Source of the DNA: an uncultured Alphaproteobacteria bacterium
GTDB taxonomy: Bacteria > Pseudomonadota > Alphaproteobacteria > Caulobacterales > Caulobacteraceae
DNA length: 64,000 bases
Assembly: GCA_937920085.1 (NCBI GenBank)
Contig: CALETE010000076.1
Location: forward strand, 6,927 to 70,926
Direction of reading: 5' to 3'
The translations under genes were made by a program, and so were the position numbers. Of the stretch, positions 9,619 through 19,976 are shown piece after piece. A model generated the notes under the pieces. It was given only the letters and a program-made list of their open reading frames with translations, had not been told where the DNA came from and did no database searches. Every line of letters begins with the position of its first letter. Positions within the stretch are counted from its first letter, which is position 1.

Positions 9619-11046
9619 TTAGCGGCGCCCAGACCTCATTTCCACGCCCAGATCCTGGATCTTTTTTCTGAGGGTATTCCGGTTCAGTCCCAGAATTTCA
9701 GCTGCTCGTACCTGATTACCACGGGTGGCAGCCAGGGTCAGATGGATCAGGGGCCGCTCAATTTCCTCTAGGACGCGGTCATAGAGCCCCACCGGCGGAA
9801 TCCCATCGAGCTGCTCTGCGAAATAGCCAGACAGATGCCGCTCCACCAGCTGGGCCAGGGAGACCGGCCCCTCCTGCCCAATGATCGGTGCCTGATGATC
9901 AGCGAGTTCCTTATCAACGATCCGCGCTGTAATCAGGTCTTCGCCATAAAGGGCGCAAACCCGACGGATTAAGTTTTCAAGCTCCCGAACATTGCCAGGC
10001 CACGCGTGGGTTTTAAGCCGGTCAAGGGCGCTGCCATCGATCGTTTTTGAAGGTAAACCCTCCCGGTTTGCGCGAAGCAAAAAGGCCCGAGCGAGATCAG
10101 GAATGTCCTCTGTGCGATCCCGTAGGGGTGGCAGACGCAGGGGGGCAACATTCAGACGGAAAAACAGGTCCTCCCGAAACAGGCCCTGCTGGATCAGTCC
10201 GCGGAGATCGCGATTGGTCGCGGCGATAATACGGGCATTGGGCCTGCGTCCGGTCTTGGGATTGATCGCGGCTTCAGTGCCATCAATGACCCTCAGCAGC
10301 CGCGTCTGCGCATCCAAGGGCATGTCGCCGATTTCATCTAGGAACAGGGTTCCACCATCGGCCTCGACGAGCTTGCCATAGTCCCCGTCCTCACGGCCAA
10401 AAAGTTCAACCTCCACACGTTCCCGTGGGACTGCAGCCAAGTTGATGACAACGAATTTGCCATCCTTTCGACGACCCATGTCGTGCAAGGCGCGGGCGAC
10501 CAATTCCTTACCCGTTCCACTTTCTCCGGTGATCAAGACCGTGAGATCGGCACCAACAAGGCGCGCTATGGTTCGGTAGACATCTTGCATGGGGCCAGAT
10601 CGGCCGATCAGCGGAAGGCGTTCATCCCGGACGGCACGCGCCTGAGCCTTGGACGCCTCACTATCGGCGGGCCGAGATAGGGCCCGGCGAGCCACAGAGG
10701 TCATGTCGTCTAGATCGAAGGGTTTGGCGATATAATCGAAAGCCCCGACTTCGGCAGCGCTAACCGCGGTGAGCAGCGTGTTTTGGGCGCTCATCACGAT
10801 CACGGGCAGCTTAGGACGCTCTTTGCGGATGCGCGGAAGCACATCGAAGACATTCTCATCGGGCATCATGACGTCGGTAATCACGAGGTCCCCCTCGCCT
10901 TCCGAGACCCACTTCAGCAAGGTGGTTGCATTGCCCGTCGCGCGCACTTGATACCCGAGACGCGTAAAGGCTTGACTTAGGACCAGTCGGATCGAACCGT
11001 CATCGTCGGCGATGAGTATTTTCTTGTTGGCATTGTTGGTGCTCAT
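9619..11046 (-). CDS. ntrC: NtrC nitrogen-regulation response regulator (AAA+ enhancer-binding family)
   Basis: Receiver ([19 protein letters not shown]), Walker A GESGTGKE, Walker [11 protein letters not shown] and Fis-type [15 protein letters not shown]. Has a 4-nt overlap with ntrB. Confidence 0.85.
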   Translation of the reverse strand: MSTNNANKKILIADDDGSIRLVLSQAFTRLGYQVRATGNATTLLKWVSEGEGDLVITDVMMPDENVFDVLPRIRKERPKLPVIVMSAQNTLLTAVSAAEVGAFDYIAKPFDLDDMTSVARRALSRPADSEASKAQARAVRDERLPLIGRSGPMQDVYRTIARLVGADLTVLITGESGTGKELVARALHDMGRRKDGKFVVINLAAVPRERVEVELFGREDGDYGKLVEADGGTLFLDEIGDMPLDAQTRLLRVIDGTEAAINPKTGRRPNARIIAATNRDLRGLIQQGLFREDLFFRLNVAPLRLPPLRDRTEDIPDLARAFLLRANREGLPSKTIDGSALDRLKTHAWPGNVRELENLIRRVCALYGEDLITARIVDKELADHQAPIIGQEGPVSLAQLVERHLSGYFAEQLDGIPPVGLYDRVLEEIERPLIHLTLAATRGNQVRAAEILGLNRNTLRKKIQDLGVEMRSGRR

Positions 11047-12164
11047 GCCTGGGTGTCCTCATCCGTAACAATCGGCAGCAGCACGCGAAATGTCGTGCGT
11101 CCCGGCTCGGAGTCAAAGTCGATGAGACCGCCATGGGCGGATACCAGCTTTGACACCAAGGCGAGTCCTAGGCCGGCGCCATTGGCCTTGGTGGTGACAA
11201 ACGGTTGGAACAGGCTTTCGCGCAAATGGGCGGGTACCCCTGGTCCATTATCTTGAATGCGGATCTCCAGGGGCGCACCGCGCAAATTTTGTCCCTGAGC
11301 GGCCCGAACCCGAACACCATGCCGGAAGGCCGTCTGAATTGTGATCTCACCGCGATTATCGCCTCGGGAGTGCGCGGCCTCGGCGGCATTCTTCACAAGA
11401 TTCAGGAAGACCTGGATGAGTTGGTCTTCATCTCCCGGAGTCAGTGGCAGGGAGGGATCATACCGCTCTCGCAGAACCAAGCCGTCGGCGACCCCATTGG
11501 CGGCCAAAGCCCGCACACGGTCGAGCACCTGGTGAATATTGATCGGCTTGCAATCTGGAAGGGCATCATCAGAAAATGCCTCCATGCGATCCACAAGACG
11601 CCGGACGCGATCGGTTTCGTCGACGATCAATTGTGCGAGGGGCGTGTCCTCTGAGCGCGCGCCAGCCTTAAGCAATTGAGCGGCACCGCGAATTCCAGCC
11701 AGGGGATTCTTAATTTCGTGGGCCAGCATGCGACCAAGCCCGACAATTGTTCTCAAGCCTGCGGCCTCGGCACCGCCTCGCTCTGCTGCAAAATGCCCGC
11801 TCTTTACATGAAGGGTCAGAAGGACTGAGCCGTCTCCCAAGGGCACAGCCGCTCCATCGGCTTCGAAGGACGGAAGGCCGAAGAGAGAGATCTCAACCCC
11901 ACGTTCTCGAACGGGCGCATTTTCTTCCAAGGCTCGATTAAGCAAGGAGACCAAGGCAGAGCCCTGCGGCAAAGCCGCACCGAACCGGCCACGGGATAGC
12001 AGGCTCAGACCCTGACCAAACAACCGCTCCGCGGCTTCATTGGCGGCGACCAAGGCCCCATCCCCGCTGACTACAAGGGCGGGCTCGGGAGAAAAATCGA
12101 AAGCCGCTGCCTTGAGGGCGCTCAAATCCGGGGTCAGGGCAGATGTTTGAAATCGAGACGTCAT
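11043..12164 (-). CDS. ntrB: NtrB nitrogen-regulation sensor histidine kinase
   Basis: PAS region, H-box [12 protein letters not shown], and NLVKNAAEA / DNGPGVP / [10 protein letters not shown] chose the ATG at 12164 because it forms an ATGA overlap with the dusB stop (12161-12163). The track ORF extends to 12242. Confidence 0.85.
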   Translation of the reverse strand: MTSRFQTSALTPDLSALKAAAFDFSPEPALVVSGDGALVAANEAAERLFGQGLSLLSRGRFGAALPQGSALVSLLNRALEENAPVRERGVEISLFGLPSFEADGAAVPLGDGSVLLTLHVKSGHFAAERGGAEAAGLRTIVGLGRMLAHEIKNPLAGIRGAAQLLKAGARSEDTPLAQLIVDETDRVRRLVDRMEAFSDDALPDCKPINIHQVLDRVRALAANGVADGLVLRERYDPSLPLTPGDEDQLIQVFLNLVKNAAEAAHSRGDNRGEITIQTAFRHGVRVRAAQGQNLRGAPLEIRIQDNGPGVPAHLRESLFQPFVTTKANGAGLGLALVSKLVSAHGGLIDFDSEPGRTTFRVLLPIVTDEDTQA

Positions 12165-13171
12165 GCTGCCAACTTCTCCCAAGGCTGCTGCCAAAGTGCG
12201 GTGAGCCCGGCGACGATAAGCGCTGGATCCTCCATGCGACAAAGGCTTTGCCGCTCCAATCTCAGTGAGGCTGCGTCAAGCGCGCTGGGTGCCTGATCGA
12301 CATAGGCGGCAAGATGCTTTCGGAAGACCTTCAGTCCGATGCGTTCGCCATAGAACGACAAGCATTCCTCGAAATGGGAGAGGACAATGGCCAGCCGTTC
12401 AACCTGGTCTGGCGCACGGAAGGCCATCCCATTTAGTCCAGCCTCAATTTCTGCGGCAATCCAAGGGCGGCCATAAACTGCTCGACCGACCATCACGCCA
12501 TCTGCACCCGATTGCGCAAGGGCCCGCTGAGCGGTGTCGACGTCATGGATATCCCCATTGACGATTACGGGAATGCCAACAGCGGTCTTCACGTCTGCGA
12601 CGGCCTCCCAATCAGCAGCCCCCTTATAGAACTGGCAACGGGTGCGACCATGAACGGTTACGGCTTTTATCCCCAATGACTCGGCCGTCTTCGCGAGTTC
12701 AGGTGCTGTTTTTGAAGTCAGGTCCCACCCCAGCCGCATTTTAACGGTGACGGGGACATTTACCGCCTCAACTGCCGCTGCCATGAGTTGGGCGGCTAGC
12801 TTTGGCTCCCGCATTAAGGCTGAGCCCGCCGCAGCGCCACTGGTGACTTCCTTGGCAGGGCAGCCAAAATTTAGATCTATAATATTTGCACCGGCATCAG
12901 CGGCGAGCCGTGCAGCTTTTGCGATATGGTCGGGGTCACGCCCAACCAGCTGAACAACCATAAGCGGCAAACCTTCACCTACGGCCGCGCGGCGGACCAT
13001 GTCAGCACGCCCCCGGGCAAAATCAGCACTGGCCACCATTTCCGTTGCGACATAGGTTGCACCCAGGCGAGAAGCTGCCCGTCTAAAGGGCAGATCAGAC
13101 ACCCCTGTCATAGGCGCGATCCAGACCCGGCCACCGACAGCTGTTTCGCCAATTTTGAGCCCATTGCTCAT
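12161..13171 (-). CDS. dusB: tRNA-dihydrouridine synthase B (NifR3 family)
   Basis: Dus family TIM-barrel motifs (APMTGVSDLPFR, DLNFGCPAKEV, VTVHGRTR). Classic position upstream of ntrBC. Confidence 0.9.
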   Translation of the reverse strand: MSNGLKIGETAVGGRVWIAPMTGVSDLPFRRAASRLGATYVATEMVASADFARGRADMVRRAAVGEGLPLMVVQLVGRDPDHIAKAARLAADAGANIIDLNFGCPAKEVTSGAAAGSALMREPKLAAQLMAAAVEAVNVPVTVKMRLGWDLTSKTAPELAKTAESLGIKAVTVHGRTRCQFYKGAADWEAVADVKTAVGIPVIVNGDIHDVDTAQRALAQSGADGVMVGRAVYGRPWIAAEIEAGLNGMAFRAPDQVERLAIVLSHFEECLSFYGERIGLKVFRKHLAAYVDQAPSALDAASLRLERQSLCRMEDPALIVAGLTALWQQPWEKLAA

Positions 13172-13290
13172 AAAATGATCACCTCATGCGCCCTCTTTTT
13201 AGGCAACATCCATCGGCAGGTAAAGCCCTGAGTTTGGATTTACAACGCTGGCGGGCTGGACAAGGGCTTTAGGCGGCCTAAACAGCCCCC

Positions 13291-14436
13291 ATGAAGGTTT
13301 CCGCTATCGTCGTCGCCGCAGGTGCGAGCCTTCGCGCTGGACCCGGCATCCCCAAGCCTTGGCGCCTCCTGGCAGGACGCACCGTCTTGCTTTGGTCCGT
13401 AGATGCCTTCGCCGCCGCCGGGGTTGAAGACATTGTGGTCGTGGTCGCCTCTGGCTGGGAGGATGCCGCAAAGCAGGAGCTCGCCGGGATCGACGGCTGT
13501 CGCTGCATAATTGGGGGCGCAACCCGTGCGCTCTCTGTACAGGCAGGCCTAGGGGCCATCGATATGCCGGACGACCGCATTGTGATGATCCATGATGCCG
13601 CGCGCCCACTCCTCACCGCCAAGCACATTGGGCAACTGGTTGAGGCTCTAAAGTCTGCCGATGGGGCCATCCCCGCCATCCCCGTTGCAGACACCTTGAA
13701 GCGGACGACGCAGGACGGGGTTGAAACTGTATCGAGGGACGGGCTCTGGCGCGCCCAGACACCCCAGGCATTTCGCCTTGGCATGCTCCGTCAAGCCTAC
13801 CTTAGCTGGCCAGCAAGTCGGGAGCCTACGGATGATGCCTCAATTGTGGAGCATGCCGGTGGGAAAATTGCGCTCATCCCAGGCGATCCCAGCCTCTTAA
13901 AACTGACCTATCCAGAGGATTTCGATATGGCAGAAGCCTTGGTGCAAGGGCGGCGAACCACGCGCGTTGGCTTTGGAATTGACGCCCATCGTTGGGGACC
14001 TGGAGACGCTGTTTGGCTTTGTGGGGTCGAGATCGCCCATAGCCAGACATTGATGGGCCATTCGGATGCAGATGCAGGCCTTCACGCGCTTACCGATGCC
14101 CTGCTCGGTGCCCTAGGTGAGGGCGATATCGGCGAGCACTTCCCGCCCACTGACCCAAAATGGCGGGGCGCGGCGTCAGACCAATTCCTAGCCTTCGCCG
14201 CGGAGCGCGTACTGCGCCGGGGCGGTCGGATCGCCAATGTCGATGTGACCCTGGTATGTGAGCAGCCGAGGATCCGCCCCCACAGGGACGCCATGCGCCA
14301 GCGCCTTGCCGATATCCTAGCCATTGATATTGACCAGGTGAGCGTGAAGGCGACCACGACCGAGGGTATGGGATTTACCGGCCGAGGCGAGGGCCTGATG
14401 GCCCAGGCGGTCGCGACCGTGGATCTTCCTGCCTAA
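13291..14436 (+). CDS. ispDF: bifunctional MEP cytidylyltransferase / MEcPP synthase IspDF
   Basis: N-terminal IspD (VVAAGASLRAG) fused to C-terminal IspF (GFGIDAHRW ... GHSDADAGLHAL ... TTTEGMGFTGRGEG). Confidence 0.95.
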   Translation: MKVSAIVVAAGASLRAGPGIPKPWRLLAGRTVLLWSVDAFAAAGVEDIVVVVASGWEDAAKQELAGIDGCRCIIGGATRALSVQAGLGAIDMPDDRIVMIHDAARPLLTAKHIGQLVEALKSADGAIPAIPVADTLKRTTQDGVETVSRDGLWRAQTPQAFRLGMLRQAYLSWPASREPTDDASIVEHAGGKIALIPGDPSLLKLTYPEDFDMAEALVQGRRTTRVGFGIDAHRWGPGDAVWLCGVEIAHSQTLMGHSDADAGLHALTDALLGALGEGDIGEHFPPTDPKWRGAASDQFLAFAAERVLRRGGRIANVDVTLVCEQPRIRPHRDAMRQRLADILAIDIDQVSVKATTTEGMGFTGRGEGLMAQAVATVDLPA

Positions 14437-16715
14437 GGGTTGCTGGCCTTCTGGCGCGCCTTTGCAATAATTGCCCCAACCAAGTTCGTATAATCATCCC
14501 GCCAGGGGTCTACGAGGAAGGGGTTCGTAGGGCTCCAGCGGGGATCTTCGTCAAAGGCACCAAGGGCAGACCGGTTACGTGCAATGACAAGCGCATCTTC
14601 CGATGACTCCCAAAGGGCCGGGGCTTTTGGATTGATCACGTGGCTTTGCACTCTGGCAATTCCGCCAGCTTGACGGGCGACAGCCATGGCGGGGCCGATC
14701 AAATCAACATTGCGGTTGGATAGGTGCATGACCACGACCCCATCTGGCTTAATGTGCGACAGATAACCCCTTACCGCTTCAACCGTCATAAGGTGTACCG
14801 GGACACTGTCAGAGGAAAAGGCGTCCACCAGGAGGATATCGAAGAGGTCCTTTGGTTGCCGAGCCAGGGTAAGCCTTGCGTCGCCTATGACATAGTCGAT
14901 CGGGCCCTTAGAGCATTGGCTGATATAGGTAAAACGCTTGGGATCCGTGGCAACCTTGACCACCAAGGGATCAATTTCGAAAAAGGTGAGTTTGTCGCTT
15001 GGGCGCACATAGGCTGCGACAGTCCCGGCCCCTAACCCGATAGCGCCGATACGCAGGGCGGGCTTGGTTTGCTCAAGGCCCGTGAAGACCTGCCCGATTG
15101 GGGTTTCCGGGGCATAATAGACCAAGGGGCGACAGCGAAATTGTGGCGCTTGAGCCTGGGCGCCATGCAGGGTCGTGCCATGAACCAGCATGACCACGTC
15201 CCCACCCAGCTGGGGGACCTTCATGTGGGACTCTTTCAGGACCCCGAAGAAGCTGCGCCAGCGATTTTGGCTTTCGGATGTCAGGCCCGAAACCTGCGTT
15301 GAGATCGCAATCGCCAAAGCCATGACAGCAAACAGCTGAGCCCTCCGCCTCAGAACAAAGGCGCAGACCAGGGCGGTCGCAATGCCAACCCGGGGGATGA
15401 GCATGGCGATGCTCGGATCGACAATGCGAAACATACCCATCGATGAGCCGCCGAGCTGAATTTCAACCTGTCGGAAGACCGGAAAAGACAGGGCTGCAAT
15501 CAAGCCGATCCCGAGAGTGATCCAACGCCAACGTAGAAACGGGCCGCGCCCCCAGGGCCTGGCAAGGCAGGAGAACACCAGGACCAACGGATATTCCCAG
15601 ACATCGTTGAAAATCACCGGCGCCAGAAACGCGTTGAACCCACCTCCGACAACGCCGCCAACGGACATCCAGAGATAGAACTCCGTTAAATGCTCTGATT
15701 GCGGGCGACGCGCTACGAGCGCTTGATGGCAGACTAGGGCTGTGAGGAAGAAGCAACCGAGGTGGGTGAGCAGAGATAGAACGAGATTGTTTGGAACAAA
15801 GGCCACAAAGGCGATGCAGGCGACAATCGCAGCCGCCTGAAAGGTCAGAACACCATCTTGAGGAAGTATCTGCCGCGACGAGAAGGCGAATATGAAGGTC
15901 AACAAATAGAGCGCCAAGGGAATGACCCAGAGAAATGGCGCAGAGGCAACATTGGTGGTGACATAGCTGGTCACCCCGAGCATCAAACTTGAGGGTATCG
16001 CTGCCAAAATCACCCACAGTCCGCGCTCACTCCAGCCTGGCGCGCGGCTCACAGGGGTCTGCGCCAACCGGGGGCGCGACCGAATGCGGTTGATTTGAAG
16101 CGTCAGGACCGACAGCAAAATAAAGAAGCCGAAATATCCGACGCACCACCCCAAGGTTTGGGCATGAAGCGGCGTCAGAGGCTCTATGATCAGTGGATAT
16201 GCCAGGAGGGCGAGCAGACTGCCGATATTGCTCGCCGCGTAGAGGGCGTAGGGCTCTGGCCCCGTCTCGCTTTGGGCGGTCCGTGCGAACCATGCCTGAA
16301 CGAGGGGAGCCGTAGCCGATAGAACCGCAAACGGCGCGCCCACCGAGCAGGTTAAGGCTGCCAAGAGCCAAAGCACTGGATGGTCGGTATTGGGCTGGCC
16401 CACCAACTTGCTGACCTGCAAGGGCAAGGTCAGGGCCGCCATCACCAAAAGTGCGATGTGAATCCGCGTCTGGAATTTTAGCGAAGGGATTTTCTGCAAG
16501 ACGTGAGCGTAGGCATAACCCAGCAGGAGCATGCCCTGAAAAAAAGCGAGACTGGTATTCCAGATCGAAGGGCCACCCCCCAGAAGGGGCAACATCAGTT
16601 TGCCGACGATGGGCTCTACGGTGAACACTAATGCGGCGCTGACAAAAATCGCCAGGGCGAAAATCGACTCCGAGGCTAAGGCCTTTGGGGGCGATTGGTC
16701 ATCCGGCAACGTCAT
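14433..16715 (-). CDS. fused polytopic membrane protein / spermidine-synthase-like (Rossmann SAM-fold) protein
   Basis: About 480 N-terminal residues of repeated hydrophobic helices, then a C-terminal fold with GAIGLGAGTVAAY, FFEIDPLV, IGDARL and FDILLVDAFSSD. Confidence 0.75.
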   Translation of the reverse strand: MTLPDDQSPPKALASESIFALAIFVSAALVFTVEPIVGKLMLPLLGGGPSIWNTSLAFFQGMLLLGYAYAHVLQKIPSLKFQTRIHIALLVMAALTLPLQVSKLVGQPNTDHPVLWLLAALTCSVGAPFAVLSATAPLVQAWFARTAQSETGPEPYALYAASNIGSLLALLAYPLIIEPLTPLHAQTLGWCVGYFGFFILLSVLTLQINRIRSRPRLAQTPVSRAPGWSERGLWVILAAIPSSLMLGVTSYVTTNVASAPFLWVIPLALYLLTFIFAFSSRQILPQDGVLTFQAAAIVACIAFVAFVPNNLVLSLLTHLGCFFLTALVCHQALVARRPQSEHLTEFYLWMSVGGVVGGGFNAFLAPVIFNDVWEYPLVLVFSCLARPWGRGPFLRWRWITLGIGLIAALSFPVFRQVEIQLGGSSMGMFRIVDPSIAMLIPRVGIATALVCAFVLRRRAQLFAVMALAIAISTQVSGLTSESQNRWRSFFGVLKESHMKVPQLGGDVVMLVHGTTLHGAQAQAPQFRCRPLVYYAPETPIGQVFTGLEQTKPALRIGAIGLGAGTVAAYVRPSDKLTFFEIDPLVVKVATDPKRFTYISQCSKGPIDYVIGDARLTLARQPKDLFDILLVDAFSSDSVPVHLMTVEAVRGYLSHIKPDGVVVMHLSNRNVDLIGPAMAVARQAGGIARVQSHVINPKAPALWESSEDALVIARNRSALGAFDEDPRWSPTNPFLVDPWRDDYTNLVGAIIAKARQKASNP

Positions 16716-16798
16716 GGGCTCGACTCAGCGTGTTTCAGAAGCCACAGCGATATTCTGATGCTATCTGACACTTACTTAACTTACCCGGAGACTCAGCC

Positions 16799-17296
16799 AT
16801 GTTTTCCCTCGAGATCGAAACCCTGGCCCGCCTGCTGATCGATGAGGCCCGCACCAAGTCCCTGCGGATCGTCACGGCTGAAAGTTGCACGGGTGGTCTC
16901 GTCGCGGCGGCGATATGCAATATCCCTGGGGCTTCAGACGTCTTTGAGCGGGGTTTCGTGACCTACAACAATCGCGCAAAGCAGGAATTATTGGACGTCC
17001 CTGGTGAGCTGATTGCTGATCTAGGTGCCGTCTCGGAACCTGTGTCGCGAATGATGGCCGAAGGCGCGCTCGAAAATTCTAATGCCCACATTTCCGTCGC
17101 CATTACCGGGGTTGCTGGTCCTGGCGGTGGCACGAGGATGAAGCCGGTTGGCACAGTGCATATCGCCACAGCCCGCACCAATCACGGCCTGCATCACCGT
17201 GAGGAATTTTTCCAACTCGAAACCCGTTCGGAAATCCAGATGGCTGCAGTGCAAGTGGCGCTGGAGGCCCTGCGGGAGCGCGTGGCTCAGTCCTGA
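16799..17296 (+). CDS. CinA-family nicotinamide-nucleotide amidohydrolase domain protein (PncC-like)
   Basis: CinA C-terminal domain pattern (TAESCTGGL ... VTYNNRAK ... AITGVAGPGGG). Confidence 0.85.
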   Translation: MFSLEIETLARLLIDEARTKSLRIVTAESCTGGLVAAAICNIPGASDVFERGFVTYNNRAKQELLDVPGELIADLGAVSEPVSRMMAEGALENSNAHISVAITGVAGPGGGTRMKPVGTVHIATARTNHGLHHREEFFQLETRSEIQMAAVQVALEALRERVAQS

Positions 17297-17787
17297 CCGT
17301 AGAGAGCCCGAGCTCGGTCTTCGAAACAGGCCATCAGGCGGTCGACAGCGAGTTCGAAATTCGTCTGTAACAGCTTGTCGAGCATCTTGGACTTGAAGGC
17401 GAAATCGATGTCGAACCTGACTTCGGACCCGCCTTCGTTGGGTTCAAATATCCATCGATTTCGCAGGCGATCAAAGGGCCCGGAAATTAGCCCTACGTCG
17501 ATCTGATTGGCCCTAGGGTCACGTCTTACCCGGGTGGAAAACCGCTCTTTTAGGAAACTGAAACCCACCTTGGCTTCAGCATCAACCCATGAGACGCCGT
17601 CATCGTCGACACGCGCGTTCCAGGTGCGCATGCCATTGATCCAGGGTACAAAATCCGGATACCGATCCACATCCCCGACCAGGTCAAAGAGTTTTTCTGG
17701 CGCATACGGCAGCCTCTTTGTCACCTGATGACGCACAGCGCCGTTAAACTCCGGTCTTTGCGAGACGCGCAGCCTTGAGCCGAGCAA
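17287..17787 (-). CDS. SRPBCC / RatA (COQ10-like polyketide-cyclase fold) protein
   Basis: [17 protein letters not shown] resembles RatA/COQ10. The TTG start at 17787 overlaps lipA by 44 nt. A GTG at 17736 is an alternative start just past the lipA stop. Confidence 0.75.
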   Translation of the reverse strand: MLGSRLRVSQRPEFNGAVRHQVTKRLPYAPEKLFDLVGDVDRYPDFVPWINGMRTWNARVDDDGVSWVDAEAKVGFSFLKERFSTRVRRDPRANQIDVGLISGPFDRLRNRWIFEPNEGGSEVRFDIDFAFKSKMLDKLLQTNFELAVDRLMACFEDRARALYGQD

Positions 17788-18703
17788 AGTCCTCGCCTGC
17801 GTGATGTGAAGACCGCGTCAGGGGACTGGCAGACACCATCATAAAGCCCTTGGCGTAGGCAATCTCTTCATAGGCCTTGAATTCGTCTGGGGTGACAAAA
17901 CGATCCACGGCCGCGTGCTTGCGCGTCGGCTGGAGATATTGGCCAATGGTCAGGAAATCTATCCCCGCCGAGCGCATGTCATCCATAACCTGCATGACCT
18001 CTTCCTTGGTCTCCCCAAGACCCACCATTAAACCCGATTTTGTAAATTGGAGGGGATCGCGCTCCTTCACCCTCTCCAACAAGCGCAGGGAATGGAAGTA
18101 CCGAGCACCAGGACGGATCGAAAGATAGAGCCGGGGCACAGTCTCCAGATTGTGGTTGAACACATCAGGCTTGGCGTCGATGACCAGTTCTGCCGCTTGG
18201 GGCGGTTTGCGTAGGAAATCAGGGGTCAAGATCTCGATTGTCGCAAGGCTTGCCGTTTGTCGTATGGCACGAACCACTGCGGCAAAGTGGGCCGCCCCGC
18301 CGTCGGCCAAGTCATCCCGGTCAACAGAGGTGATGACGACATGCTTTAGGCCCATTTTCAAAACAGCGTCAGCGACTCTATCGGGCTCCGTAGGGTCCAA
18401 GGCATTGGGCTTACCTGTCGACACATTACAGAAGGCACAGGCTCGGGTGCAGATTTCCCCCATAATCATCATGGTGGCGTGGGCCTGGGTCCAGCATTCA
18501 CCGATGTTTGGGCAGGCTGCTTCCTCACAGACCGTAGTCAGGCCATGGGTTTTCACGATCTCCCGCGTCGCATTATAGCCCGCCGAGCCAGGCGCTCGAA
18601 CTCTAAGCCATTCCGGCTTCCGAAGAACTGGCGTGTCTGGTCGCGCCTGCTTCTCAGGGTGACGGGCTCTTGGGCCCTGCCGCGTATCGATCACTGTAGC
18701 CAT
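17744..18703 (-). CDS. lipA: lipoyl synthase
   Basis: Radical-SAM CAFCNV plus the auxiliary cluster [13 protein letters not shown] chose the ATG at 18703 ([10 protein letters not shown]..., 319 aa), which is the normal LipA length. The track ORF extends to 18817. Confidence 0.95.
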   Translation of the reverse strand: MATVIDTRQGPRARHPEKQARPDTPVLRKPEWLRVRAPGSAGYNATREIVKTHGLTTVCEEAACPNIGECWTQAHATMMIMGEICTRACAFCNVSTGKPNALDPTEPDRVADAVLKMGLKHVVITSVDRDDLADGGAAHFAAVVRAIRQTASLATIEILTPDFLRKPPQAAELVIDAKPDVFNHNLETVPRLYLSIRPGARYFHSLRLLERVKERDPLQFTKSGLMVGLGETKEEVMQVMDDMRSAGIDFLTIGQYLQPTRKHAAVDRFVTPDEFKAYEEIAYAKGFMMVSASPLTRSSHHAGEDFARLKAARLAKTGV

Positions 18704-18788
18704 GCGCCATAGATCGTCCTTCAGAGGTCCCGGATCAAGCCGCAAAGGCACACCTTGCACCATCAAAGGAAAATGGGCTGATAGGTGT

Positions 18789-19847
18789 ATGTTTTGGCGT
18801 GTAGTCCTTGTCGTCATGATCGGCGGACTGGCAGCAGGGTGCTATGGCCCTGTTCCGGTGCAGCCTTTTGCCGAGTCTCGCACGCCCCCTGACTTGGCTT
18901 CTCGGTTTTTCCAGCCCGAGGGGTGGGCTTGGGGGTTCATACAGGTCGGGTCAAATCCCCCTCAAAGATACGGCGTGGTGTCCACTTGGCGCGTGCCAAG
19001 GGCGACAATCATAATCCTGCCAGACACTCAAGATTGCACTGAAGCGTGGTTTGAGACCGCCACAGACCTTACCCACAGGCGCTATTCCGTGTGGGTCCTA
19101 GACCGCGCCTCTGAATGTGGATCAGGGCGGATTCGCGCGCCGAGTGACCGGGTTGATGTGGCCTCCTTTGCGCCAGATATTGCCGCCGTGAAGGCTCTAC
19201 TTCGGATCGTAGTGCGGCCAAACGGCGATACACCCGTTATCCTCTTAGGCCAGGGTCAGGGTGCAATTCTTGCGCTCAGCGCGGTAGAGACCGGCCTTAA
19301 GGTCGACGGATTGGTCCTCTCCTCGCCCTCAATGAAGAGCACCGCAGAATGGCGACCGTGGTCGCAATCGACCCCAGATGCTTTCCAATCGGCAAAAACC
19401 CATGATCCTTGGCGTGGGCATGTCACGCAATCGTGGATGACTGCCAATCCCGACCTTCGTGGCTCTGGGCCGAGTTCAAGATGGTTGCGTCAAGCTACCC
19501 AATTCGACCAGGACGCGCGCAGGAATGCTAAGGGCCTAGGCTTAACAACCCTCATTCTTAGCCCCGGCCCCGCCCTTACGAAGGATCTCGACCTCTGCGG
19601 GGCAATCGGAACCTGTTCCTTGATCCCTCTGATAGACGCGAGGCCAGCGCTAAGCTTGGAACAGGATACGTGGCGAGGTCCCTGGCTTGACGCCATCGTT
19701 CGCTTTATTGCGGTGAAAGCGGATGCCGCTAGACGTGTCGGACCAGATCGGAATGCGCCAGCCATCCCTTCGGTCCCAAGCCCGCTTAGCGAGGACCAGA
19801 GGTCGAAGGATACAATCTCAGGATCGGATCAGAATTCCGACCTTTGA
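18789..19847 (+). CDS. lipoprotein with an alpha/beta-hydrolase (lysophospholipase-like) fold, catalytic triad apparently lost
   Basis: I chose the ATG at 18789, giving [18 protein letters not shown] (signal peptide plus lipobox). The core aligns by eye to monoglyceride lipase/lysophospholipase, but the nucleophile elbow reads GQGQG. Confidence 0.6.
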   Translation: MFWRVVLVVMIGGLAAGCYGPVPVQPFAESRTPPDLASRFFQPEGWAWGFIQVGSNPPQRYGVVSTWRVPRATIIILPDTQDCTEAWFETATDLTHRRYSVWVLDRASECGSGRIRAPSDRVDVASFAPDIAAVKALLRIVVRPNGDTPVILLGQGQGAILALSAVETGLKVDGLVLSSPSMKSTAEWRPWSQSTPDAFQSAKTHDPWRGHVTQSWMTANPDLRGSGPSSRWLRQATQFDQDARRNAKGLGLTTLILSPGPALTKDLDLCGAIGTCSLIPLIDARPALSLEQDTWRGPWLDAIVRFIAVKADAARRVGPDRNAPAIPSVPSPLSEDQRSKDTISGSDQNSDL

Positions 19848-19976
19848 ATTGTGCATGATGCCTCGCTTAACCCATGGAAGTTGCGCTCACGGAAGGTAAC
19901 GGACCTTTTCAAGGCTTTGCGCACTGGCTAGGCTAGCCTCAAGACAGCCGACAATCGGTCGGGGAGGACAAAGCAC

